Source: a virus. Taken from it: a stretch of DNA of 64,000 bases. The position numbers were made by a program, and so were the translations under genes. Where the stretch lies: IMG/VR virus record IMGVR_UViG_3300042291_000666, positions 32,001 through 96,000 of that record; one strand, 5' to 3'. Under the pieces are notes generated by a model. It had not been told where the DNA came from. It saw nothing but the letters and a program-made list of their open reading frames with translations, and searched no databases. Below are positions 8,742 to 16,498 of the stretch, piece by piece (the stretch's first letter is position 1; each line of letters opens with the position of its first letter).

Positions 8742-9269
8742 TTAAGAGAGTTCTAAAGTTAATTGATTTACGCTTGGTTGTTCTACAACTGATTTATTAA
8801 AATAAGGGATGTCCATTTTGTTTATTTTGGTTAATTCCAATGGACTAATATCCTGATCATATTCTGTAAGCTCCATACTTGTATTGTGATAATACAATTT
8901 AACTTTAAGATATTTATAAAAAGGATTGTATTCTCTAGAGGATGACCATGATCCATCACTAACTACATAACCAAATATGTTACCTTCTCCATCACATAAA
9001 CCCATATCACATAATATGTCTGTCTCATAATGCTTTGATGCATGGTAACTTATAGGTTTCACTTTAAAGTGATCTCCAATAGCTAATGTTTCATATTGTT
9101 GTTCAGTCAAAATCATATGAATGATAGTTTCTACTGAATGTTCTGGTAAATCTTTTAATAGTATATGGCTAATGCAGTCTTTGTTTGCAGAATTTCTAAT
9201 ACTGTCTGAGTTAATAAGGCCAATAAATATTTTATTGAGCAGGTTTTTTGATATGCTATATGTATCCAT
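8742..9269 (-). CDS. Hypothetical protein
   Basis: 175-aa ORF in the operon. Confidence 0.75.
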   Translation of the reverse strand: MDTYSISKNLLNKIFIGLINSDSIRNSANKDCISHILLKDLPEHSVETIIHMILTEQQYETLAIGDHFKVKPISYHASKHYETDILCDMGLCDGEGNIFGYVVSDGSWSSSREYNPFYKYLKVKLYYHNTSMELTEYDQDISPLELTKINKMDIPYFNKSVVEQPSVNQLTLELS

Positions 9270-9430
9270 GATTAATTTTTAAGATGAATAAAGCAACCCA
9301 ACATACAAAACAAGGTATGAACAGAAAAATATGCTGAGTCACTATTATTCAATGGTTTTACAAGGCCTAACTACTAGTATAATAATATATAATATTACTG
9401 GTACTGTTAGTGTGTCACCTGTGATAGTTT

Positions 9431-9799
9431 TTAAAATTTGTTTTCTGGTTTAAAGTGATTACCTTTTGGTTTTTCTTTAGAGAATAACCCTTTGTAATTG
9501 AACTCAATACCAATGCAACCAATTAATATTTGGATGTTACTTGTGTTTTCATACGCCACAAAGAAACCAAATGCGGTTACTATACTAACATGGAACCTAC
9601 TTAAAATTGTAGTCTTACTCATATGATAGGAGTAAAACAAAGCATTGTACAATACAAATAGCAAAGCAATATGCCATAGTATTAAATAGCTTATGTCTAA
9701 ACTGAATAGTTCTTGTATGTTATATACATAAAAGAATACGGCTGTTACTGGTGCAGCAACAACAACTAAGAATTTGATTATTTTTTTGAATGTTTTCAT
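9431..9799 (-). CDS. Multi-pass membrane protein
   Basis: Three to four hydrophobic segments. Confidence 0.7.
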   Translation of the reverse strand: MKTFKKIIKFLVVVAAPVTAVFFYVYNIQELFSLDISYLILWHIALLFVLYNALFYSYHMSKTTILSRFHVSIVTAFGFFVAYENTSNIQILIGCIGIEFNYKGLFSKEKPKGNHFKPENKF

Positions 9800-9863
9800 G
9801 ATTAAATTTTTTAAAGGATTTTTGATTAAAACCTACCGTAATGTAGATTACGATAGGATTAGA

Positions 9864-10148
9864 TTAGTTAAAGTCAGAGTAATACTCCATGTAGTCTTCA
9901 GCTTCTGTATCATGATGGATTTCTACCAGATTATTATCTTCTGCTAGTTCTCTTAGATGATCATCAGCAAGGATAGCATCTTCAATTTGTTCAATTGACG
10001 GTGTTTCTACTTGATTACGATCTAGTTTGAGATGCTTGTGACCAGTAAAGAAATTCACTTGAGGTGAGTTCTCTTCTGTGTAAAGCATGATTCCAATTTG
10101 TGATTTGTACTGTGTGAATACTTCAGGTTTTAAAATGATTGCGTTCAT
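9864..10148 (-). CDS. Acidic hypothetical protein
   Basis: ORF followed by a hairpin at about 9832-9857. Confidence 0.7.
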   Translation of the reverse strand: MNAIILKPEVFTQYKSQIGIMLYTEENSPQVNFFTGHKHLKLDRNQVETPSIEQIEDAILADDHLRELAEDNNLVEIHHDTEAEDYMEYYSDFN

Positions 10149-10149
10149 A

Positions 10150-10401
10150 TTATTTTTTATTAAGGATTTGTTGATCTGAATCTTGATAAGGGTCTGGTAA
10201 ATATAACTTGTCTTGATACCATATACAAAAAGGTTTTCCTAATGTATCAGTAACAACTCTGCAAGTATCTATTCTTACGATGTGATTGTATTCAGGTTGA
10301 CTGACTACAGTTCTGTGATATTGTCCTTTGACCATATCTACAATGATATAGACAAAGAACAATACTACAGCTATTCCGGCTAAGTTAATCCTCATATTCA
10401 T
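10150..10401 (-). CDS. Hypothetical protein with N-terminal transmembrane anchor
   Basis: LAGIAVVLFFVYIIV. Confidence 0.7.
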   Translation of the reverse strand: MNMRINLAGIAVVLFFVYIIVDMVKGQYHRTVVSQPEYNHIVRIDTCRVVTDTLGKPFCIWYQDKLYLPDPYQDSDQQILNKK

Positions 10402-10597
10402 ATTTTTCAGCTAGATCACAACCTACTATAGCAGCAGGTATCCATCCAAAGATCAACATAAACATAAGTGTACCACCATTGGTAGCACAAGTTTTGAAAT
10501 CTGTTACACTAGATAACAGGTAAGCAATTGAGGCTATTAAAAGCCATGTGATTAGGAATGTTGCAATAACTGCAAGCATAATTTTTGTTGTTTTCAT
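10385..10597 (-). CDS. Two-transmembrane small protein
   Basis: Two hydrophobic helices. Confidence 0.7.
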   Translation of the reverse strand: MKTTKIMLAVIATFLITWLLIASIAYLLSSVTDFKTCATNGGTLMFMLIFGWIPAAIVGCDLAEKYEYED

Positions 10598-10615
10598 ACT
10601 GTTTTGATTAAATGA

Positions 10616-10762
10616 TTAATAATGTCTATAATATCTGTTAGCTTTTTTCATTTGTTTTTGATTAAACTTCTGAGCTTTTTGGTAATTACACCCTTTGGAT
10701 GTACCACAAGATGTAAATGATGCTCCAAGAGCAAGAGTAATAATTAAAGCAATTGTTTTCAT
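10616..10762 (-). CDS. 48-aa lipoprotein (true start 10762)
   Basis: MKTIALIITLALGASFTS-C: signal peptide II lipobox followed by a basic mature peptide. Confidence 0.75.
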   Translation of the reverse strand: MKTIALIITLALGASFTSCGTSKGCNYQKAQKFNQKQMKKANRYYRHY

Positions 10763-10930
10763 AACTAATTTTGTTTGGTAAATAAAAAAATGCAGGCTTT
10801 GCACCTGCTTGGGAGCATCTAACCCTCCAGTCTTTGTTTTTACATCTTTCAATGTACCTGTATGTTTGTAGTTAACATATCCCTGCATTGTTTCATCACC
10901 ACTTATGCTATGGTATTATAAGAAGAGATA

Positions 10931-11053
10931 CTAACGTATTCTTCTTAATGAGTCTGGCTTAGATCTGTATGAACTACATGATCTGGTAGCACAACTTTCT
11001 AAGACAACAGTAACTAATAGCAATGCTATGATTGCAATAACTTTTTTGTTCAT
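10931..11053 (-). CDS. 40-aa lipoprotein (not in the track)
   Basis: MNKKVIAIIALLLVTVVLES-CATRSCSSYRSKPDSLRRIR with a lipobox. Confidence 0.7.
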   Translation of the reverse strand: MNKKVIAIIALLLVTVVLESCATRSCSSYRSKPDSLRRIR

Positions 11054-11076
11054 GGTTTTAGTATTTAAGATTAATT

Positions 11077-11100
11077 AAAAAGGGCCCAATTAAGAGCCCA
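11077..11100 (-). terminator. Intrinsic terminator
   Basis: GGGCTC...GGGCCC stem then a U-tract on the minus strand. Confidence 0.6.
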
Positions 11101-11105
11101 TTATT

Positions 11106-11438
11106 TTAACAAGTGGTTATTTCTTCTGGATCATTGGTCCAGGCATATCTTTCATTCAGTTTGTTAAGTTGGATATCTTTTAAAGATTTACCCACTGTTC
11201 TAAAGACTACAAAATCTATTTCCCAATTCATACCAGTGTAACTGATTTCTATTAAGGATTGAACTTTGTTGTTTCTGTAACTATGAACGGGTTGTACTCT
11301 AATATCTTTACTTATCATATGTAAAGGAGCTAATACACTTTCATTATAATCTGAGTGACTTACTCTGATCTTAAAAGTGTTGACAGGTGTACCGTTTACT
11401 AATACGGTTTGCATTCCAAATAAATTGATTGATTTCAT
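11106..11438 (-). CDS. Hypothetical early protein
   Basis: 110-aa ORF followed by a terminator. Confidence 0.7.
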   Translation of the reverse strand: MKSINLFGMQTVLVNGTPVNTFKIRVSHSDYNESVLAPLHMISKDIRVQPVHSYRNNKVQSLIEISYTGMNWEIDFVVFRTVGKSLKDIQLNKLNERYAWTNDPEEITTC

Positions 11439-11696
11439 ACTTTCTGTTTAATTAATGATTATTGATTTTTACAAGATTCCGGATGATAATGCTCTTATCC
11501 TATAGAGAGAGATAACAATTCTATAAGGGAAGAAGACTACCATGTGTAACTACTACTAATACTTTTGTTAGCTATATATATAATAGAAGGTGTAAGTATA
11601 ATTATGAGTGTGATTAAGGTATGTATTTGGCAATATAAGATCACCCATATACATTGTAACACACAAATGAATACAAAATTCTTTTAAATAAATAGC

Positions 11697-11722
11697 AAAA
11701 GGGAAGATTAGTAACCTTCCCT
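11697..11722 (-). terminator. Intrinsic terminator
   Basis: GGGAAGG-loop-TCTTCCC-TTTT on the minus strand after paralog B. Confidence 0.7.
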
Positions 11723-11728
11723 CTCCAA

Positions 11729-12058
11729 TTAGATTGCTTCCACCCAATAGAGTGTAGTTTCTTCCCCTGTTACAAGGTCAACTACTCTATTATCAGATAA
11801 TTTAAAGCCTGGCATCTCATCTCCTGCGTTCAACTTTTTCTGAAGTTGTGCAATTGTAGGATGATTGGCTTTCATTACTGAGTTAGTCTCAGGATCAATA
11901 AGGCTCAATACACCAAATGTAATATTACTTTGGGTTCTTGTTCCAACACTGATGCCGGCTAACGTACCTATCTTAGATTGGATAGGTGCAGATGTAACAA
12001 TAATGGTAGCAGTTCCCGTGCTATCATTCACTCTCAATTTTCTAAAAAATACTGACAT
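11729..12058 (-). CDS. Early protein, paralog B (109 aa; true start 12058)
   Basis: Aligns without gaps to 12289..12618, 84/109 identical. Confidence 0.85.
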   Translation of the reverse strand: MSVFFRKLRVNDSTGTATIIVTSAPIQSKIGTLAGISVGTRTQSNITFGVLSLIDPETNSVMKANHPTIAQLQKKLNAGDEMPGFKLSDNRVVDLVTGEETTLYWVEAI

Positions 12059-12221
12059 AACTAATTTAATTAATTGTTTTATTGCAATAGTGCAACAATT
12101 AGCTGGGGAGCAGAGAGAGGCTGCGCGGAGCGCAGCAGCAGGAGAGCAGAAAGGTATGCGTAATGGCTGTTGGGCAGAAAGATTAATAACAGTAAGAAAG
12201 TATGCGTTGTGGCTCTTAAGT

Positions 12222-12281
12222 AAAAAAAGGGTCAATAGTAACCCTTTAAAAGAAGAGGAGTGCTTTTACACACTCCTCTGT
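12222..12281 (-). terminator. Two tandem intrinsic terminators
   Basis: AGAGGAGTG-loop-CACTCCTCT-TCTTTT, then AAAGGGTTA-loop-TGACCCTTTTTTT. Confidence 0.75.
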
Positions 12282-12288
12282 TCTGATG

Positions 12289-12618
12289 TTACACAGCCTC
12301 AATCCACATTAGTGTTGTTAGCTCACCAGTTTGAATATCAACCACAGGGTTGCTACTCATTTGGAATCCTGGCATTTCATCTCCAGCATTTAGTTTCTTT
12401 TGCAAAGCTGCAATTGTTGGGTGATTAGCCTTCATCACCTGATTGGTTTCAGGGTCAATAAGACTTAGCACTCCAAATACTACACTACCTTGTGTACGTG
12501 TTCCCACGTTCAGTCCTGCAAGTGTAGTTTGCTTGCTTGTGATTGGTTTGTCTGTAGCAATGATAGTTGCTGTTCCAGTAGACTCATTTACTCTTAATTT
12601 TCTGAAGAAAACACTCAT
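12289..12618 (-). CDS. Early protein, paralog A (109 aa); first gene of the leftward arm
   Basis: Paralog of 11729..12058. Confidence 0.85.
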   Translation of the reverse strand: MSVFFRKLRVNESTGTATIIATDKPITSKQTTLAGLNVGTRTQGSVVFGVLSLIDPETNQVMKANHPTIAALQKKLNAGDEMPGFQMSSNPVVDIQTGELTTLMWIEAV

Positions 12619-12803
12619 AATATTATATTTTATTTATTTAGGTACCACAGACGCGGGGGTACCCTCACCGCAAAAATTAGCTGGGGATCAGTTTGGTAGT
12701 AGGTACTCACATTGCAATACACACTATTTTTTTTGGGGACAAAAAATTTTTTTGAGTTACCGTGATTAGGTTGTGTCAAAATTATTTTACCTTTACAAAA
12801 GGA

Positions 12804-12815
12804 TTTTGTATATTA
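12804..12815 (+). promoter_or_regulatory. Putative late promoter motif TTTTGTATATTA
   Basis: The same motif lies upstream of genes at 31786, 41027 and 57790, with variants at 24366, 30167 and 45215. Confidence 0.55.
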
Positions 12816-12847
12816 ATGATATAAACATAACTCAAATAAAAAAACTA

Positions 12848-13519
12848 ATGAATAGTACATTGCAAGATATAATGGGAATGATTGCCAAGCGTAAAGTCAA
12901 AGTCCCAACAGATAAAGACTACATAGTGTCAGCAGCATATAGTGATACTCAAGAGGTACTGAAGCCTCAGCCAAAAATGGAAGCCAGCTTAATTAATATT
13001 GGTGCATTAAAGAAATACCTTATATCAAGTATAGCTAAAACTTCATTAGGTGGTTGGGCAAGATATGATGATACTGAATATACTCAGGCAGCTCCTTTTA
13101 ATATAGTGCACAATGCTGCAGCTGTAGTAATACCAAATAATGCAGGGTTTAAGATTGAAACGCAATTGAACTCAACCAGTAGTTTTTATGATGGAGCTAC
13201 ACAAAGAATTACTCCAAATAAATTAAATGACGCGTATAGTATGGTTGTAACGTTTAAAGCTAAAACAACTAATGCTTCACAAAATCACATGGATATAATC
13301 ATGAGTTCGGCAGGTCCTACTCCATATGATAGGTTAGCTAAAACTATGATCTTTACTAAAACGGCTACTTGGGAAAACTTTAATGAGACGTTTTTATTTT
13401 ATGCTGATAGTGATTTTGTTGCTAATGGTAATCAATGGAAGATATCTGCAACAGGTAACACTGATGTTCAAATTGCAGATGTAATTTATTATATTCAAAA
13501 AACTTATACAGGCAGTTAA
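12848..13519 (+). CDS. Putative virion (head-fibre-like) protein (probable start 12848)
   Basis: First late gene, beta-rich C-terminal domain; the start follows the promoter motif. Confidence 0.55.
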   Translation: MNSTLQDIMGMIAKRKVKVPTDKDYIVSAAYSDTQEVLKPQPKMEASLINIGALKKYLISSIAKTSLGGWARYDDTEYTQAAPFNIVHNAAAVVIPNNAGFKIETQLNSTSSFYDGATQRITPNKLNDAYSMVVTFKAKTTNASQNHMDIIMSSAGPTPYDRLAKTMIFTKTATWENFNETFLFYADSDFVANGNQWKISATGNTDVQIADVIYYIQKTYTGS

Positions 13520-13520
13520 T

Positions 13521-13805
13521 ATGGCAACTAAAAAAGATTCTAGATTAGCAAGTGCTGGAGTTGCTGGTTACAATAAACCAAAACGTACTCCGTCACATCC
13601 AACTAAGTCACACGTAGTTGTGGCCAAAGAAGGAGATACAGTAAAGACCATTAGATTTGGTCAACAAGGCGTAAGTGGTGCCGGGGCAAATCCTAGTACA
13701 CCAAAAGAAAAGGCTAGACAAAAATCATTTAAGGCTAGACACGCATCAAATATTAGTAAAGGTAAAATGAGCGCGGCATACTGGGCTGATAAAGTTAAGT
13801 GGTAA
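13521..13805 (+). CDS. Small basic phage protein
   Basis: HPTKSHVVVAK...IRFGQQG...SFKARH...SAAYWA, recognised as a widespread aquatic-phage family. Confidence 0.8.
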   Translation: MATKKDSRLASAGVAGYNKPKRTPSHPTKSHVVVAKEGDTVKTIRFGQQGVSGAGANPSTPKEKARQKSFKARHASNISKGKMSAAYWADKVKW

Positions 13806-13984
13806 TGGCAAAAGCAAAATCTAAAGTTAACGCTGCTGGTAACTACACCAAACCGGGAATGCGTAAAACTCTCTTTAATAAGATTAAAGCGGGTACAAAG
13901 GGTGGTGATCCTGGAGAGTGGTCTGCACGTAAAGCACAACTACTTGCTGTTCAATATAAAAAAGCAGGAGGAGGCTATAAGTAA
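13805..13984 (+). CDS. DUF5872-like protein, N-terminal half
   Basis: YTKPGMR...GGDPGEWSARKAQLL...YKKAGGGY; TAATG overlap with the previous gene. Confidence 0.7.
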   Translation: MAKAKSKVNAAGNYTKPGMRKTLFNKIKAGTKGGDPGEWSARKAQLLAVQYKKAGGGYK

Positions 13985-14220
13985 TGGCACTAGCAAAATC
14001 ACAAGAGTCTTTAAAGAAATGGACCAAAGAGAAATGGAAGACCTCAGACGGAAAACCGTCTAAAGGTAAGAAAAGGTATTTGCCCTCTGCAGCATGGGAT
14101 GCTTTAAGTCCTTCTGAGAAAGCAGCTACTAATAAAGCTAAAGCTGAAGGCAATGCCAAAGGAAAGCAATTTGTTAAACAACCTAAATCCGTAGCTAAGA
14201 AAGCTGCAAAATATAGATAA
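13984..14220 (+). CDS. DUF5872-like protein, C-terminal half
   Basis: QESLKKWTKEKW...RYLPSAAW...GKQFV; TAATG overlap. Confidence 0.7.
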   Translation: MALAKSQESLKKWTKEKWKTSDGKPSKGKKRYLPSAAWDALSPSEKAATNKAKAEGNAKGKQFVKQPKSVAKKAAKYR

Positions 14221-14237
14221 CTTTAAAAATTAAAATT

Positions 14238-14411
14238 ATGAAAACTGTAAAAAAAATGTCAAAAGGTGGTGCAATGAAAGACGTACCTGCTAGTAAAAAA
14301 GGATTAGCTAAACTTCCTACAGAAGTAAGAAACAAAATGGGATATAAGAAAAATGGTGGTGCTGTTCCTAAAATGAAAATGGGTGGGGCTATGAAAGGTA
14401 AAAAGTGCTAA
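14238..14411 (+). CDS. 57-aa Lys/Met/Gly-rich peptide with three xGG motifs (not in the track)
   Basis: MKTVKKMSKGGAMKDVPASKKGLAKLPTEVRNKMGYKKNGGAVPKMKMGGAMKGKKC; AAAATT-ATG context. Confidence 0.8.
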   Translation: MKTVKKMSKGGAMKDVPASKKGLAKLPTEVRNKMGYKKNGGAVPKMKMGGAMKGKKC

Positions 14412-14413
14412 TC

Positions 14414-14521
14414 ATGAAGAAGACAGACAAAAAAAAGGTAGTTATTCCCAAAGGATATCATAAGATGCCAGATGGTAAGATTATGAAAGATAGTGCCCAC
14501 AAGAAGACTAAAAAGAAGTAA
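14414..14521 (+). CDS. 35-aa basic peptide with HxMPDGxxM motif (not in the track)
   Basis: MKKTDKKKVVIPKGYHKMPDGKIMKDSAHKKTKKK. Confidence 0.7.
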   Translation: MKKTDKKKVVIPKGYHKMPDGKIMKDSAHKKTKKK

Positions 14522-14552
14522 TATCAATTTTCCTATTGAAGGATTATGATTA

Positions 14553-14810
14553 ATGTGTATGAGAGAAATTGATTTAATTAAACTAGGGTTTCAACGTTTT
14601 GATGAAAGCCCTGAATCCAGCGGAAGCCCACAACCTTGGTACTATTATGCTAAGGATGTTGGAAAGGTTGGCTTCTTATCCTGCGATAGTGATTCAGATG
14701 AAGCTAAAGCTGGTAAGTGGAGTGTTGATGTTTTAGACGGAGATATTGTTTTTACAAAAGCGTCAGAACTGAAAACCGTAATTGCTTTATTAGAAAAAAA
14801 TAAAATCTAA
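14553..14810 (+). CDS. Hypothetical protein
   Basis: 85-aa ORF; start may be 14559. Confidence 0.7.
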   Translation: MCMREIDLIKLGFQRFDESPESSGSPQPWYYYAKDVGKVGFLSCDSDSDEAKAGKWSVDVLDGDIVFTKASELKTVIALLEKNKI

Positions 14811-14891
14811 AAAATAAGTCCATTAAACTTTTTTTATTTAAACTATTATTATATATTTGTAATATATTGTTTAACTTAAAAAATAACAAAA

Positions 14892-15200
14892 ATGGCAAAT
14901 GCAAAAACCAACAATCCTTTAGATGAAAAGGAACCAATCCTTACTAAAGAAGAATTGAATGCACGTAGAGAAGAAATCAGTGCATTCTACAAAGACAATA
15001 TTCCACATTTAGAAGTACAAGCAGAGTATGAGATGCTTTTGGCTACTATTGAGAAATCAAGAGCTGAAAGATTGCAGGCTCAAATGTATATGGCACAAGC
15101 CTATGCTTCTCAAAAAGAAGGTGGACAAGTACCTGTTGATTCAGAAGAAGCAAAAGCTTTTAAAGAAGCAATGGAAAATGCTGCATCTCAAATTGACTAA
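14892..15200 (+). CDS. Hypothetical coiled-coil protein
   Basis: ORF preceded by TATATTTG at 14852-14859. Confidence 0.8.
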   Translation: MANAKTNNPLDEKEPILTKEELNARREEISAFYKDNIPHLEVQAEYEMLLATIEKSRAERLQAQMYMAQAYASQKEGGQVPVDSEEAKAFKEAMENAASQID

Positions 15201-15203
15201 ACA

Positions 15204-16127
15204 ATGAAGATGCTAAAAAGGGGGGATTCTGGACCAGATGTCCAGACCCTCCAATCCAAACTCTTATTAAAGCAGGATGCACAGTTTGGACCCGCAACAG
15301 AAAAAGCTGTAATCAGATTCCAACTATCTAATAATCTGCCAGTTACAGGAATAGTAGACTCAGATATGTGGACATTGTTATTTAACAAAGTACCTACATT
15401 ACAAGAAGCTATTGATGAAGACTCGGATGTATCTCAACAGTTATTTAAAACTAATTTTGATCAGACAATTCATAAGTATTATTTATCTCCAAAAGAATAT
15501 ATCAAAGGACCAATTAAAAATGAATATATATTCTTACATCACACTGCAGGAAATAACAATCCTTTTGCTTGTGTTGATATGTGGAATAAAGATGACAGAG
15601 GAGCCATTGGAACTGAATTTGTTTTAGGTGGTAAAAACTGCCACAATGGAGATGCTAAATATGATGGTAGAATGGTTCAAGCTTTTCCAACAGGAAATCA
15701 AGGTTGGCATTTAGGTTTAACTAAATCAGGTTGGATGAATAGACACTCTGTAGGTTTAGAAATCTGCTGTATGGGTCAACTTACTAAAGATTATAAAACC
15801 TATGTAGGAACCAAGGCTCATCCAGATGAAGTAACAACTTTAAAGGAAGTATTCAGAGGATTTTTAAATTGGCATTCTTATTCAGAGAAGCAAATTAAAG
15901 AAACTGAAAAGTGGATTAAGTATGTTGCTGAAAGAGACAGTATTGATGTAAGATTAGGATTGAAACAATTAATACAAAAGTACGGTGCAACTAAAGCATT
16001 TGAATATAATGAAGATGCAGCTACTGGAAAAATTAAAGGATTACTAACCCATACCAATGTAAGAAAGGATAAGTTTGATTGTTATCCACATCCTGACTTA
16101 GTTGATATGATAATGAGTTTAAAATAA
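15204..16127 (+). CDS. Endolysin: peptidoglycan-binding domain plus N-acetylmuramoyl-L-alanine amidase (Amidase_2)
   Basis: LKRGDSGPDVQTLQ...FGPATEKAVIRFQ (PG-binding domain); FLHHTAG, WHLG, SVGLEI and THTNVRKDKFDC (amidase). Confidence 0.9.
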   Translation: MKMLKRGDSGPDVQTLQSKLLLKQDAQFGPATEKAVIRFQLSNNLPVTGIVDSDMWTLLFNKVPTLQEAIDEDSDVSQQLFKTNFDQTIHKYYLSPKEYIKGPIKNEYIFLHHTAGNNNPFACVDMWNKDDRGAIGTEFVLGGKNCHNGDAKYDGRMVQAFPTGNQGWHLGLTKSGWMNRHSVGLEICCMGQLTKDYKTYVGTKAHPDEVTTLKEVFRGFLNWHSYSEKQIKETEKWIKYVAERDSIDVRLGLKQLIQKYGATKAFEYNEDAATGKIKGLLTHTNVRKDKFDCYPHPDLVDMIMSLK

Positions 16128-16498
16128 TGGCTATAGTAAACAAAGTAGATTTAAAATTACAAGTAGATATTAATGAAACCATTAAGTATCAGATACTTAC
16201 ATATTGTTTTTTTGAAAATATTTTAATTAGTAATTCAGATCTTAAATGTTTAATGGAATTATCCAAGCAACCAAAGGTTGAATTAACTAAGTTTTGTATA
16301 TTCTTAACTGAACAAGAAATATTTAAAAGTCCACAATCAGCTAGAAATGCTTTAGCAAAAGCAGAAAAGAAAAAGTTAATAGTTAAAAATGGTGTAAATA
16401 AAAAAACTATTTCAATCAATAAAACTATTAATGTTCAAATAGATGGTTTGGTATTGTTAGACTATAAGATACTAGGCCGTGAATCCAAAGAAGCATAA
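16127..16498 (+). CDS. Hypothetical protein (possible wHTH)
   Basis: Coupled to the endolysin stop. Confidence 0.7.
   Translation: MAIVNKVDLKLQVDINETIKYQILTYCFFENILISNSDLKCLMELSKQPKVELTKFCIFLTEQEIFKSPQSARNALAKAEKKKLIVKNGVNKKTISINKTINVQIDGLVLLDYKILGRESKEA

Noticed and set aside
11729-12618. Paralog pair as a diversity-generating retroelement TR/VR
   Set aside because: Both copies are full genes with terminators, differences are spread through the gene and did not look adenine-specific, and there is no reverse transcriptase in the window.
11865-12769. Two similar + strand ORFs (187 and 108 aa)
   Set aside because: They are antisense shadows of the duplicated minus-strand genes, so their similarity is a by-product.
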